Shown: piece after piece, positions 38,774 through 48,585 of the stretch
How the letters are laid out: each line of letters starts with the position of its first letter
Numbering within the stretch: the first letter of the stretch is position 1
Assembly (NCBI GenBank): GCA_965140445.1
Contig: OZ223236.1
Span: 4,512,001-4,576,000, forward strand
DNA length: 64,000 nucleotides
Source of the DNA: Candidatus Ozemobacteraceae bacterium
Lineage (GTDB): Bacteria > Muiribacteriota > Ozemobacteria > Ozemobacterales > Ozemobacteraceae
Direction: 5' to 3'
Notes under the pieces: model-generated
The model's database searches: none
The model's input: only the letters and a program-made list of their open reading frames with translations
Told to the model about the DNA's origin: nothing
Program-made: the position numbers and the translations under genes

Positions 38774-41398
38774 TTAATGTTTTTCAATCAGCATCAAGTA
38801 GTGATTAAAGTTCTCTTTTGCTGCTCTTTTTACATCCTCAATAGTAACAGACTGATAAATACTCAACAGCTCATTTAAAAAGTCCTGGGATAACCCATAA
38901 CCCAAATACGAAACCATTAACCCAGCCTGCGCATCAGACCCTTCTAAATATCTATTGAAAAGCGATTTTGTCCATTTTCCAGACGCAACAATATCAGACT
39001 TTGAAACTTTCATTTCTGGAATATCTTTAACTACTTTTTTTATAATCTCTACAGATTTATCAAGCTTATCTGTTGGAACTACAACATAAAACGAAAATAT
39101 TGAAAAGTTTCTGGTCGTCCTGTACATGCCGCCGACCTGGGCTTCAATACCATTCTTTTTAAGTTCTGAAGACAAAATTGAGTTTCGACTATAAAAAAGA
39201 ATATGTCCTAATACTGAATTAGCGCCATAGCTTTGCCTCAATTCATCTCTGTTCTTAACATCAATAAATTTTTTCATCCGGTAAGCAACCAGGACAACTG
39301 ATTTATCAGAATTTTCCTGCAATTTTATTTCATCAATGATTGTCTTTTCAAGAGGACGGTTAACCCAATCAGGGCAAGCAGTTAAAGTTGAAAGGCTTCC
39401 ATCGCCCTTTGAATAATCTGCAAATTCATCCATCACAACTTTTGCAATCTGCTTAACAGAAAAGTTTCCCACTACGGCAAGCTGAACATTAGGAGCAACA
39501 GCCCATTTGCTGAAAAACTCATGTATATCCTTGAATTGTAGCTTTTCCATAGCTTTTTCATCAATTGGATCATAAAGCTTGGAAAAGTTCAAACCAGGAA
39601 ATAGTCTTTTGCTAACCTCAGCATAGATTTTTTTTGTTGGATCGGTAGAATTTTCCTCCATTTTCTTTAGCAATTTGGATTTTGCCATTTTGAAAAATCT
39701 TGGAGCCATATCCTTATCTGGATCAGAAAGGATTTTTCTAACCAATTTGATTAGCTTTGGTAAATTCTTTTTCTGGGTTTTGCCTTTAATGATAACTTCT
39801 TCTTCAGCAATCGAAGCTTCCAGTTTTGCACCAATTTCATCAAGTCTCCTGGAAAGCCTGGTATTCTCTTTATCATTAATGAAGATCTCGATCATTTCGC
39901 CTACTAATCTCATTAAAAGCAATTTCTTGGCATCGGTTTCACAAGTATTAATTCCGATTCGCAATGCAACCCCGGCAATTTCACTTCCAGGATAGTTTCG
40001 CACAATTACTTTTAATCCATTGCTCAACTCCTGATAAGCCACTGTCTGTTCTTCAGCTTTTTGGAACTCTAGTGGATAAGCGATTCTAACAGAATATTTC
40101 TTACCGCTGAACATCTTCTCAGCGACCCTCTTCAAATCATCAGAAGAAACCCTCTGAAAGGAAGAATTGATTCCATCAAAAATTCTATAACTGCTTTGTA
40201 ATTCAGAAAGACCTAGTTCATAGGCTCTATTGAGCCTGAATTCCCTTGCCTCTAATCCTTCTAATTGCTTGATTTCGGTAAGATTTCTCAATTCTTTATG
40301 TCTTGGTGGGTTTATATAAAGATTGTTTAGTGACGCCAAAAGAGTTGTTATTGCACGATCGACGTCGGGTTCTTTGCTTGAAAATCTGAATAGGAAAATC
40401 CCTTTTTTGCTTGCCGGAATATATAAAGCTGATAGATCTTCGAGTTCTGGAAAATCCTTACTAAAAGAAGTCTTTAGCCATGATTCATTGATATCAGAAA
40501 TAGCAGTATGCCAAAGCATAGCCGCTGGCATGTCCGGATCAGTAATTGATGGAGCTTCAAATCCCACTACAACCTGGGTCTTTTTAATATCCAGAAATTC
40601 TGATTGAATATTACTAAGCGCTTCTAAAGTTTTTTCTTTCTGATTTTCTTTAATTTCATTTTTTACTTGAGTCGCAACATATTTTCCAAGCAACTTCATT
40701 GAATTTTTAAATATTTCCGAACTATCTACATCGCCAACAATTACTAATACAGCATTATTGGGAACGATTTTTTCATGATAAAATTCCTGATAATCTTCAA
40801 ATGAAAGACCAGCTAGTTTATCCTCGCTAGTTATCTGCGACATTCCAGTTCTTAATTGAGGAAACAAGTCATTCCAAACTTGTTTATCAAGATATCCAGT
40901 TGCTAAAGGATAGCGCTTTACCATTCTTAAACGGCTACTGGCATTCTCCTTTGCCTGTCCAAATAGTTCTTTTGACGGCTTCAGCTCAAATGCGACCTTG
41001 CCAATTGAGTTAATCATTTGCTCCAGACTCTCAATGTTTCCCTGGCAACCAACACTAATACTTTGCTGGCTGTGACCAAACTCCATCAAAATTCCTTCTT
41101 GTTCAAGGCGAGCATTTAGATCAAATCTAGTTTCATCATTGAGATCTGAGGTTTTCATCATGTAATTTACAAGATTCTCAACCCCGGATGAATCAAACTT
41201 TTTTGAAAAATGACCAGGTTTAAACATCAAAGCGAGGCCCACTGTTGGGATACTTTTATCCTCAACAACAATAATCCTCATTCCATTAGGCAAAATGGCC
41301 TTTGCAGGAGGTGATTTAATGAGTGCAAATAAATTTGCACATACAGAAAGCATCACTATTACTACTAGAAATTTAATTTGAGAACGGTATTTTTTCAT
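38774..41398 (-). CDS. Exported M16 (insulinase/PqqL-like) peptidase homolog with two modules and no HxxEH
   Basis: LPNGMRIIVVED, PNNAVLVIVGD, LSNGLKVIV, LAVVGN and VTIEDVKRAA. The likely start is ATG 41398 with a GGAGGAGG RBS. Confidence 0.85.
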   Translation of the reverse strand: MKKYRSQIKFLVVIVMLSVCANLFALIKSPPAKAILPNGMRIIVVEDKSIPTVGLALMFKPGHFSKKFDSSGVENLVNYMMKTSDLNDETRFDLNARLEQEGILMEFGHSQQSISVGCQGNIESLEQMINSIGKVAFELKPSKELFGQAKENASSRLRMVKRYPLATGYLDKQVWNDLFPQLRTGMSQITSEDKLAGLSFEDYQEFYHEKIVPNNAVLVIVGDVDSSEIFKNSMKLLGKYVATQVKNEIKENQKEKTLEALSNIQSEFLDIKKTQVVVGFEAPSITDPDMPAAMLWHTAISDINESWLKTSFSKDFPELEDLSALYIPASKKGIFLFRFSSKEPDVDRAITTLLASLNNLYINPPRHKELRNLTEIKQLEGLEAREFRLNRAYELGLSELQSSYRIFDGINSSFQRVSSDDLKRVAEKMFSGKKYSVRIAYPLEFQKAEEQTVAYQELSNGLKVIVRNYPGSEIAGVALRIGINTCETDAKKLLLMRLVGEMIEIFINDKENTRLSRRLDEIGAKLEASIAEEEVIIKGKTQKKNLPKLIKLVRKILSDPDKDMAPRFFKMAKSKLLKKMEENSTDPTKKIYAEVSKRLFPGLNFSKLYDPIDEKAMEKLQFKDIHEFFSKWAVAPNVQLAVVGNFSVKQIAKVVMDEFADYSKGDGSLSTLTACPDWVNRPLEKTIIDEIKLQENSDKSVVLVAYRMKKFIDVKNRDELRQSYGANSVLGHILFYSRNSILSSELKKNGIEAQVGGMYRTTRNFSIFSFYVVVPTDKLDKSVEIIKKVVKDIPEMKVSKSDIVASGKWTKSLFNRYLEGSDAQAGLMVSYLGYGLSQDFLNELLSIYQSVTIEDVKRAAKENFNHYLMLIEKH

Positions 41399-41432
41399 GG
41401 CCTCCTCCAAACTGTTGGTCATGCCCATTAGA

Positions 41433-41798
41433 CTATTTTCTTACAATAACTCTTCCCGTAGATTTATCTCGAACTATGAACTTATATCGCGTGATTACAA
41501 CCATCTTGTAATTTTCTTCACCATATATTTCTTTTCTATAACCAATTTCATCAGCATATTTTTTTCTTGTAGCGAGAAGGTATTCTTTTATGCCGCTGGT
41601 CGGATCCCGTTTTATAGCCTGCATCTGTCTTTCAGTTAATTCCTGAACATCAACGAATTCTTCCTGTTTATCAGTGACGATGGTTAATTCGAGAATATAA
41701 TCCTTGCTCCAGGCAAAAACGCTGGAAAAAAAAGACGAACAAATCGCCAATAAAAAAACAAGAATCAGCAGATTTAGTTTGCTACCAGTGTTAAACAT
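41433..41798 (-). CDS. Exported hypothetical protein
   Basis: Signal peptide (..SSVFA) on a 121 aa ORF directly upstream of the M16 homolog. Confidence 0.75.
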   Translation of the reverse strand: MFNTGSKLNLLILVFLLAICSSFFSSVFAWSKDYILELTIVTDKQEEFVDVQELTERQMQAIKRDPTSGIKEYLLATRKKYADEIGYRKEIYGEENYKMVVITRYKFIVRDKSTGRVIVRK

Positions 41799-41850
41799 AC
41801 AATCACTTTAAGCTAATTTTTTTTACAATTCAATTTTTTCTTTTTTGGAC

Positions 41851-41878
41851 AAAAAAAAGAGGGCCAACCGGCCCTCTT
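41851..41878 (-). terminator. Intrinsic terminator
   Basis: AAGAGGGCC/GGCCCTCTT hairpin followed by a T run on the minus strand. Confidence 0.85.
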
Positions 41879-41897
41879 CTTAGAAAGTTCCTATAAG

Positions 41898-44800
41898 TTA
41901 AAAGGAGCTATTATATTTTGCTACCGCCAGAATGCCACTGCTTTTTACAAATAGAATTGCAGTTGATGAGTCAGATTTTTGAGTTTTAATGTACTCAGCA
42001 GGCAAACATAAATCGTAAGAACTACCCGATATTTTTGATACAAAATCCCCAATTGGCAATCTATTTTCGATGCTTCCATTTTGAGAAAATTGCACAAAGG
42101 CCATTTGGTCGCTTCCTGCCATCCGGTTCCCACTTCCTGCCCAAAATCTTCCCGAGTTATCCACAAATAGATTTGAGTAATACTTATACTTTGCAAACTC
42201 TGGAACAAAACTTAAAACTGAATTTCGAGGTACCAATTTATAATCTTGTCCATCTCCGCCTCCATCAGCAAAGGAGAGAATAAAATAATTCTTTGTCGCC
42301 ACAAATTCATATGGGGAAGCTTTAAAGCTGGCCGAAGCAACTGTTGTTGAAGGAGCTGTCATATCGCTCAAGCTATATTGGAAAACGCTAATATTATCAA
42401 TTACGTTTGTCGGGTTAACAACAGAACTACATTTCATATAGTAAAGTTTGCCGGCAGATTCATCAGCTGCAAGAAGATTATTATGTTTTCTAGAAGAAAC
42501 TGAAAGGGCGCTAGCATTGGAAAGTATTGGGTTTGATCCCGTTAAATTTCCAAGAGAGTTATTAAATGCAAATAAATACATGCCAGTTCCAGATAATTCT
42601 CCTGCAACAAAAACTTTTGAATCATAAAATTTCATTGTTGCTGTTTCCATTGGGAAATTAGGAGCACCATTAAACAAAACTGATGCAGAAGGTGCTGCGC
42701 TTAGATTAGCCGCATCATATGCCTGTATCATTAAATCTCCATTTCCACTTGGACACATAATAAATATTTTGCCATCGCCAGCACATAAACTGTATTTGTC
42801 TATTGAAGTACCACTCACAGTGATCGAAGCTGTTGTTCCAACTTCGTTTCCAGAGAAGTCAAACGACTTGATTATTGCCTCTGTTCCATCACTCCCATAT
42901 GCACCAATAAAATAATGATTATTTAATACTTCAAATCCAAATACTGTCAAAGAACTTCTTATTGCACCAGTATTAGATAATTCGGTAACAGAAACGCCAT
43001 CCAAACCTGCTGTTTTTGTAGTAAACGAAACAGAAGTAAGTGGTGAATAAAGGCTTCCATTTTTATTCTTGAGACTGGCAGTATAATTAGTGTTTGGCGA
43101 CAAAGATTTGTATTCCACCCTATCCCCAAGGATATTTGTAATAGTTGCTATAGGGATAGAGGCTGCACTAAAAATAACTATCTCAGAAGACTCTGAGAAC
43201 TGGCTATTGACCCAGTTAAAAGTAACCGTTTTATCTGTAACTGAGGTATTGAAACCTGTTGGAGCAACCATGCCTTTGAAAAATTCCTTCTCAGCTGATC
43301 TGGTTCCATTTGGATTTGAGAGAACGTAGGTATAGGTTCCTGGGGTTAAGTCCGTAATATCATAATAAACATTTGTAACGCTCCATGTACCTGAAGCGCT
43401 GGACTTTAAATTTTTTCCATTTACTATGGCATTTGTTTGAGGATCGCCGGCATTAGTTGGAGCAACAAAATTACTTCCTGAAATTGTCAACAAAGTTGTC
43501 CCAGTTACATTAGATGCCGTCACACCAGGAATTACATTTGTAGCAGAGAAATTGATGCTTACCGTCTGGCCCGCGCCAACAAAGAAATCCGCAGAAGTTC
43601 CAGTATGACCACCCCTGGCCGGGTTCAAACTTAATGAATATGTTCCAACAGGAATTTCATCAAATCTAAAGGACGTTGAGGCAGTAGTGGTTGTAAATCT
43701 CTCTTCATAATTTATGACACCAACTCTGCTGAGAATAACTTCATAAGATGTTCCGGTAGGAGCGGTGAAGTTACCAACAACTTCTCCACCAACCGTAAGT
43801 TTAGGTCTTACATTTAGAGTTCCCAGATCAGTATCAGTTGCCACCGAAATTGGGTTTGAAAATGACAGTGGCGTTACAAGCTCATACCTGCCAGCAAGTG
43901 ATAAGGTATAGCTTCCAGGTATAAGTTTAAAGGCAAAAGCGCCATTATCAGCAGATATAGTTGAAAAGGCGGGATTTCCAGTTTCAGTTTGAGAAATAAG
44001 GTTTACCACAACCCCACTATTGTCAGTTTCGTCTGAAATTCTTAAGGTCTTATTGATTGTTCCGCGGAGCCAATGGTTAACAACAGCTATTTTAGGAGTA
44101 ATAACCATCTCAGGAACAGTAACATTTGAAGTAAGATCCACCGTTACAGTCTGATTTGGTGGTGTAATAACAAAATCCCCCGGAACCACACTAACTGCAT
44201 ATGTGCCAGTTGCTTTTACGCTGAAGCTATAGTTTCCAGAAGCATCTGTCAGCTTAACCGAAGGGTCCTGATTGTTCATTCCAACCAGCACAACAATAAT
44301 TCCTTCTGTAGAAGAAGCGTTTGGCAAAAATCCAGATTTTCTCAGGTTACCAGAAATAGTTACCACAGTATCTACAGACTTGGTAACTGGAGTTAAAAGA
44401 ATATCACCAAGATTCTTGTTTTCAGCAGGTGCTAACACCGCTGTAAGCGCTCCAGATGGAGAGCCCTCATCAGAGATAACTCTTACAACAAAAGTCTGAC
44501 TTGCAGGAACATGTGAAATTGTAAAATTTCCGGTTGCGCTTGTTAGAGCAACATAAGAGGTTCCTTCAAGGTAAACAACAGACCCTGAAACTGGTGTCTG
44601 TGAAGCGCCATTTAGCATTACCCTACCAGAAATAGAACCTGTAGGAGTTAGCTGGGCATTAACAACCGTTGTTGCAGCAAGCAAAACTCCGGTTTGAGCA
44701 AACTGATGATTTTCATCCTGAACGGCAACTAATGTATATTCACCAACAGGAATATTGGAAAATTTGTATTGGCCTTGTGAATCGGTAAAAGTTGTAAAAC

Positions 44801-45080
44801 TTCCATCATTATTTAAGGTTTGAGCCAAAACGGAATTTTTTAATGATGTGAGATTAGAAATCCCTGAAATATGAGCATTATTAGACTTATACAGATAAAC
44901 TTTTACGTTTGAAAGAATTTGTCCATTCATGCTGACCTGACCAGATAAATCAGCGGTTGGTCCTGTTGCAGTTGTAACTCCAAGGGGGTTAGAGCTTCCA
45001 CCACCACCGCCGCCGCAACCTAGAAATGCGACAGAAACTACAAACAAGAAAATAAAAGCCAAAAAATTAGTGTTTCTCAC
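41898..45080 (-). CDS. Large lipoprotein with carboxypeptidase-regulatory-like repeats, an FnIII-like domain and a beta-rich C-terminus
   Basis: Lipobox FLGC-GGGGGG, repeated TD..G.Y.F..IP.G.Y.L units and LSPNTNY (FnIII-like). Confidence 0.8.
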   Translation of the reverse strand: MRNTNFLAFIFLFVVSVAFLGCGGGGGGSSNPLGVTTATGPTADLSGQVSMNGQILSNVKVYLYKSNNAHISGISNLTSLKNSVLAQTLNNDGSFTTFTDSQGQYKFSNIPVGEYTLVAVQDENHQFAQTGVLLAATTVVNAQLTPTGSISGRVMLNGASQTPVSGSVVYLEGTSYVALTSATGNFTISHVPASQTFVVRVISDEGSPSGALTAVLAPAENKNLGDILLTPVTKSVDTVVTISGNLRKSGFLPNASSTEGIIVVLVGMNNQDPSVKLTDASGNYSFSVKATGTYAVSVVPGDFVITPPNQTVTVDLTSNVTVPEMVITPKIAVVNHWLRGTINKTLRISDETDNSGVVVNLISQTETGNPAFSTISADNGAFAFKLIPGSYTLSLAGRYELVTPLSFSNPISVATDTDLGTLNVRPKLTVGGEVVGNFTAPTGTSYEVILSRVGVINYEERFTTTTASTSFRFDEIPVGTYSLSLNPARGGHTGTSADFFVGAGQTVSINFSATNVIPGVTASNVTGTTLLTISGSNFVAPTNAGDPQTNAIVNGKNLKSSASGTWSVTNVYYDITDLTPGTYTYVLSNPNGTRSAEKEFFKGMVAPTGFNTSVTDKTVTFNWVNSQFSESSEIVIFSAASIPIATITNILGDRVEYKSLSPNTNYTASLKNKNGSLYSPLTSVSFTTKTAGLDGVSVTELSNTGAIRSSLTVFGFEVLNNHYFIGAYGSDGTEAIIKSFDFSGNEVGTTASITVSGTSIDKYSLCAGDGKIFIMCPSGNGDLMIQAYDAANLSAAPSASVLFNGAPNFPMETATMKFYDSKVFVAGELSGTGMYLFAFNNSLGNLTGSNPILSNASALSVSSRKHNNLLAADESAGKLYYMKCSSVVNPTNVIDNISVFQYSLSDMTAPSTTVASASFKASPYEFVATKNYFILSFADGGGDGQDYKLVPRNSVLSFVPEFAKYKYYSNLFVDNSGRFWAGSGNRMAGSDQMAFVQFSQNGSIENRLPIGDFVSKISGSSYDLCLPAEYIKTQKSDSSTAILFVKSSGILAVAKYNSSF

Positions 45081-45103
45081 TTCAAAACTCCTCCAAACCT
45101 ATT

Positions 45104-45844
45104 TCAACTAACCAGAATATTGTCTATTGTATACGGTGAATATCCATCTCGCCCGACCACAATGTAGTAAGTTCCTGGTGCGAGCTCAAGAACAGAATAA
45201 GATCCATCTGCTGCAGTAACTGTTGAACCAGATAGAACTCCGGTAGACTTGTTAAAAACTTCGATCTTTGCACCCTCAACAGGCAGGGATGTAACATTGT
45301 CGGTGATAAACCCCTTAATACCAGTATCGGTAGTAGTGGTGCCAGTATCCGTACTTGTGCCAGTATTCGTGCCAGTATTTGTGCCAGTATCACCGGTATT
45401 TACAGGCACAGCTTTAGGAATCTCTGTCAGGGTTATAGAATCTAAGGCCCAAACTCCCTGATCTTTTATCATATTAAAAACCATTTTAATGGTTAGTTCG
45501 TTTAATGCGGTTAAAACATATGAAGTGTAAACCTCGGCCTCACTCTCGCCATCATACTCAACCTTCTCAACGATAAGATCCCAAACCTGCCCACTTAAAT
45601 CCTTAAATTTAATGTAGCCAAGATGCCCTGATTCAGTGGTGGTAATTGAGGGTTTTCCATTTTTATCGACTGTCATCCCAAGGTCTGAGGACCCCAGCCA
45701 TTTTGAATAAACCAATCTGACAGTCTCATCTGGCGTCATGGTTTCCATAAGTGGATTTTCACTTCCACCACCCCCGCCAGAACAGCCGGCTATCAATAAA
45801 ATCCCGGCAAAAACAAAGATAGCGAAACTTCTAAAAATGGTCAT
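45104..45844 (-). CDS. Lipoprotein with a Thr/Gly linker and a carboxypeptidase-regulatory-like domain
   Basis: Lipobox IAGC-SGGGGG and C-terminal G.ITD..T..PVEGA...T..DG.Y....L.PGTY. The likely start is ATG 45844. Confidence 0.8.
   Translation of the reverse strand: MTIFRSFAIFVFAGILLIAGCSGGGGGSENPLMETMTPDETVRLVYSKWLGSSDLGMTVDKNGKPSITTTESGHLGYIKFKDLSGQVWDLIVEKVEYDGESEAEVYTSYVLTALNELTIKMVFNMIKDQGVWALDSITLTEIPKAVPVNTGDTGTNTGTNTGTSTDTGTTTTDTGIKGFITDNVTSLPVEGAKIEVFNKSTGVLSGSTVTAADGSYSVLELAPGTYYIVVGRDGYSPYTIDNILVS
45320..45400. repeat. Short degenerate tandem repeat with GTGCCAGTAT units
   Basis: Four GTGCCAGTAT copies plus degenerate ones at 12-18 nt spacing, encoding NTGDTGTNTGTNTGTSTDTGTTTTDTG. 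Confidence 0.75.
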
Positions 45845-45881
45845 TTTATCCCCCAAATTCCAATCCGAACCTCTCGAAAGG

Positions 45882-46298
45882 TTACTCACCGATTACTTTT
45901 ATCAGCACTCTTTTTCTGCGATTACCATCAAATTCTCCATAGAAAATTTGTTCCCAGGGACCAAAATCAAGTTTTCCTTCAGTAATAGCAACAACAACCT
46001 CTCTACCCATTATTGTTCTTTTTAAATGGGCGTCTGCATTGTCTTCAGCGCCATTATGCTGATATTGAGAATGCGGATTTTCTGGAGCAAGCTTTTCCAG
46101 CCAAACTTCCAAATCACTATGCAAGCCTTTTTCATCATCATTAACAAAAACACTTGCAGTGATATGCATGGCGTTAACAAGGACCAGGCCTTCCTTAACT
46201 CCGCTTTCCTTAACTGCATCCTGAACCTGAGGGGTAATGTTTATCAGCCCTCTTCTACCGTTTACCTCGAACCAAAGTTCCCTTCTATAACTCTTCAC
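45882..46298 (-). CDS. yjbQ: YjbQ family protein
   Basis: HITAS...N.DE, NADAHLK and [14 protein letters not shown]. Confidence 0.9.
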   Translation of the reverse strand: MKSYRRELWFEVNGRRGLINITPQVQDAVKESGVKEGLVLVNAMHITASVFVNDDEKGLHSDLEVWLEKLAPENPHSQYQHNGAEDNADAHLKRTIMGREVVVAITEGKLDFGPWEQIFYGEFDGNRRKRVLIKVIGE

Positions 46299-46430
46299 GT
46301 TATATTTACTCCTTTGGCAAAATCTTTAAAATTATTTGCGCTATTTAGTATATATTTGTTTGATGAATTTTAGTATTGTTTTTTTTAGGAATCAAATAAT
46401 ACAGAAAAATACCAAACGAAAGGCCAATAT

Positions 46431-46706
46431 ATGTTCGATTTATCCAAATTAGTTTTTTATTTTAAGATTGAATGCCCCATCTGCAAAACAGAAATGAAAT
46501 TCAGTCACATAGTTATTGAGGAAAAAAAGGGAGAGCTGTTTTGCTCAATCTGTAACAAAAGTGTAACCGTACCTTCTTTTGAAAACCTTGTTGCGGCTTC
46601 AAAGACTTTAAATGACTTTCTCGGCGATTCAATTAATGCAAAATATATCAATCTGGTTCTCAATGAAAAATTTGAGTTGGCAGATGATGTTCCAGCTGCG
46701 CACTAA
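46431..46706 (+). CDS. Small zinc-ribbon protein
   Basis: CPIC...CSIC, with its own terminator. Confidence 0.7.
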   Translation: MFDLSKLVFYFKIECPICKTEMKFSHIVIEEKKGELFCSICNKSVTVPSFENLVAASKTLNDFLGDSINAKYINLVLNEKFELADDVPAAH

Positions 46707-46712
46707 ATAAAC

Positions 46713-46755
46713 AAAAAAAGCGGGCATTTCAGTGAAATCTGAAAGCCCGCTTTTT
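46713..46755. terminator. Bidirectional terminator
   Basis: AAAAAGCGGGC(a)TTTCAG / CTGAAAGCCCGCTTTTT. Confidence 0.85.
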
Positions 46756-46764
46756 GTATTTATA

Positions 46765-47322
46765 TTATAGAAGAGCTAATACACCTTTATTTACTTCTTT
46801 TACCGCTTCTTTTCCAATAAGCTCTTCAATTATTTTGAAAGCAAACTCGAAAGTAGTTCCTGCTGCGCGGGAAGTAATTATCTTTCCATCAACCACAACT
46901 CGTGCTTCAGAATAATTGACTCCAGGCATATGTCCAGCCGCTGCTGGATGCGAGGTTGCAGACTTTCCTTTGAGAATGCCGGCTTTGGTCAAAACTGCTG
47001 GAGCAGCACAAATGGCCGCGACCCACTTCCCCAGTTCAACCATTTTCTTGATGGAACCAATAACAACTTCGCTATCTCCGAGATTTTGTGTTCCCTCAAG
47101 TCCACCTGGAAGCAAAATCAAATCAGCCCAATTAAGATCGATTTCTGAGATTTTACAATCAGGCAACATTTTGATTCCTCTTGAACCCAATACCGCCTCC
47201 AGATTGTCTTCCAATGAAACCGTTTTTACATCTATTCCAGCTCTTCTAAGAATATCAACTGAAATAGTTAACTCCATCTCTTCAAATCCTTTTGCCATAA
47301 ACACATAAACGTTTTTATTCAT
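46765..47322 (-). CDS. DJ-1/YajL (ThiJ/PfpI) family protein
   Basis: GFEEME, DILRRAG, LPGG and AAICAAP (nucleophile Cys). Confidence 0.92.
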   Translation of the reverse strand: MNKNVYVFMAKGFEEMELTISVDILRRAGIDVKTVSLEDNLEAVLGSRGIKMLPDCKISEIDLNWADLILLPGGLEGTQNLGDSEVVIGSIKKMVELGKWVAAICAAPAVLTKAGILKGKSATSHPAAAGHMPGVNYSEARVVVDGKIITSRAAGTTFEFAFKIIEELIGKEAVKEVNKGVLALL

Positions 47323-47334
47323 GGAATAGCCCCC

Positions 47335-48567
47335 TTATTTATTATCTAATATTTTCAAACAAGCAGAAAAAACCCTCTCGACCGGAATTTTCTTCATACA
47401 TAAATTATCATTGCAGGCAGTAGAACGATGATTATAAGAGCTAACGCAGGGAGAGCAAGCTAGATGAGCAGAAATAGACACACGCCCCTTCCCAAAAGCC
47501 CCATAAAGCTTAGATGTTTCTGGCCCAAATAACGTAATAACCGGCAAATCAGTAAGTGAAGAAAAATGAGAAGGCCCGCTATCATTGGTTATCATTATGC
47601 TGCATAGAGAATATAAAACAAGCAATTGGTTTAAGGATGTCTTTCCCACCAGGTTTATAACCTTTTCAGCACCAATGTTTTCAGCAACTTCAAGCGATTC
47701 TTTAATCTCGGACTTTACTCCAGTAAGAACAATAAAACTCTCAGGATAATTTGATAAGAGTTTTTTCCCAAGTTCTATGAAAGAGTTCAAAGGCCACCGC
47801 CTGAGAGGAACCAGCTCGCTTGAATTTGCATTAATGATTATCAACTTGTCCCCGGTTCTATAAACAGGGTTCTCATATTTCAATATTTCGAGCAATTCTG
47901 AAGTTTGATTTTCAGAGAACTTCATCTTTGCCAAAGGCAGAGAGTTTAACTCAGGCAAAGGCTTTTTTGGCAATGGAATAGTATTTGCAGGCTCCTGAAG
48001 GGCTTCAACCATACTATAAAAACTCAGTGCCGTATGAATATGCGGGTTATACTGAATTTTATGGCTCAAAAAGCTACCCCTATAAAGTCCTTCCATTGTA
48101 AACCTGTGAAAGCCACAGGTTGATTTAGCGCCGGACAACTCAGTTAGAATCGCAGAAGCCCTGGAGAAAAATTCAAGATCCATGGCAACATCAAAACGAA
48201 GAAACCATAGAGTTAAAAGTCTTGAAAGACAGTCCTTCACAAAAAGGCTTATTTTTTTGGATCTAATTGTATGAATATTTTCTCTTGGAACTAATCCAAG
48301 CATTTCAACTGCCGCGGAGTTTTCATCAAAAACCAGAAAATGAAACTGACAGCCAGGCCAAATTTCTCTGGCCCTCTTAAGCATTGGGTACATGAGAATA
48401 GTGCTTCCCATTTCTGCTGGCTTAACAAACAAAATAGTTTTTACTGAATTAAGCTCTCCTTTTTTCCTGGGGAAAAAAAGTTCCAGAATTTTGCGTCTTA
48501 TGGATAATAAAAAGCAAATTGGCGGTCCAAACAAAGCATCTATCATTCTCATTTTATCGGGGGTCAT
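47335..48567 (-). CDS. Glycosyltransferase family 9 (heptosyltransferase-like)
   Basis: RRWP, NLVGKTSL, ITNDSGPSH, LFGPET and C-terminal CSPC...C....CM. Confidence 0.88.
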   Translation of the reverse strand: MTPDKMRMIDALFGPPICFLLSIRRKILELFFPRKKGELNSVKTILFVKPAEMGSTILMYPMLKRAREIWPGCQFHFLVFDENSAAVEMLGLVPRENIHTIRSKKISLFVKDCLSRLLTLWFLRFDVAMDLEFFSRASAILTELSGAKSTCGFHRFTMEGLYRGSFLSHKIQYNPHIHTALSFYSMVEALQEPANTIPLPKKPLPELNSLPLAKMKFSENQTSELLEILKYENPVYRTGDKLIIINANSSELVPLRRWPLNSFIELGKKLLSNYPESFIVLTGVKSEIKESLEVAENIGAEKVINLVGKTSLNQLLVLYSLCSIMITNDSGPSHFSSLTDLPVITLFGPETSKLYGAFGKGRVSISAHLACSPCVSSYNHRSTACNDNLCMKKIPVERVFSACLKILDNK

Positions 48568-48585
48568 ACAATATTCCTATCCAAT

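Noticed and set aside
45320..45400. CRISPR-like repeat array
   Set aside because: The units are 10 nt, in frame within a CDS, have no unique spacers, and no cas genes are present.
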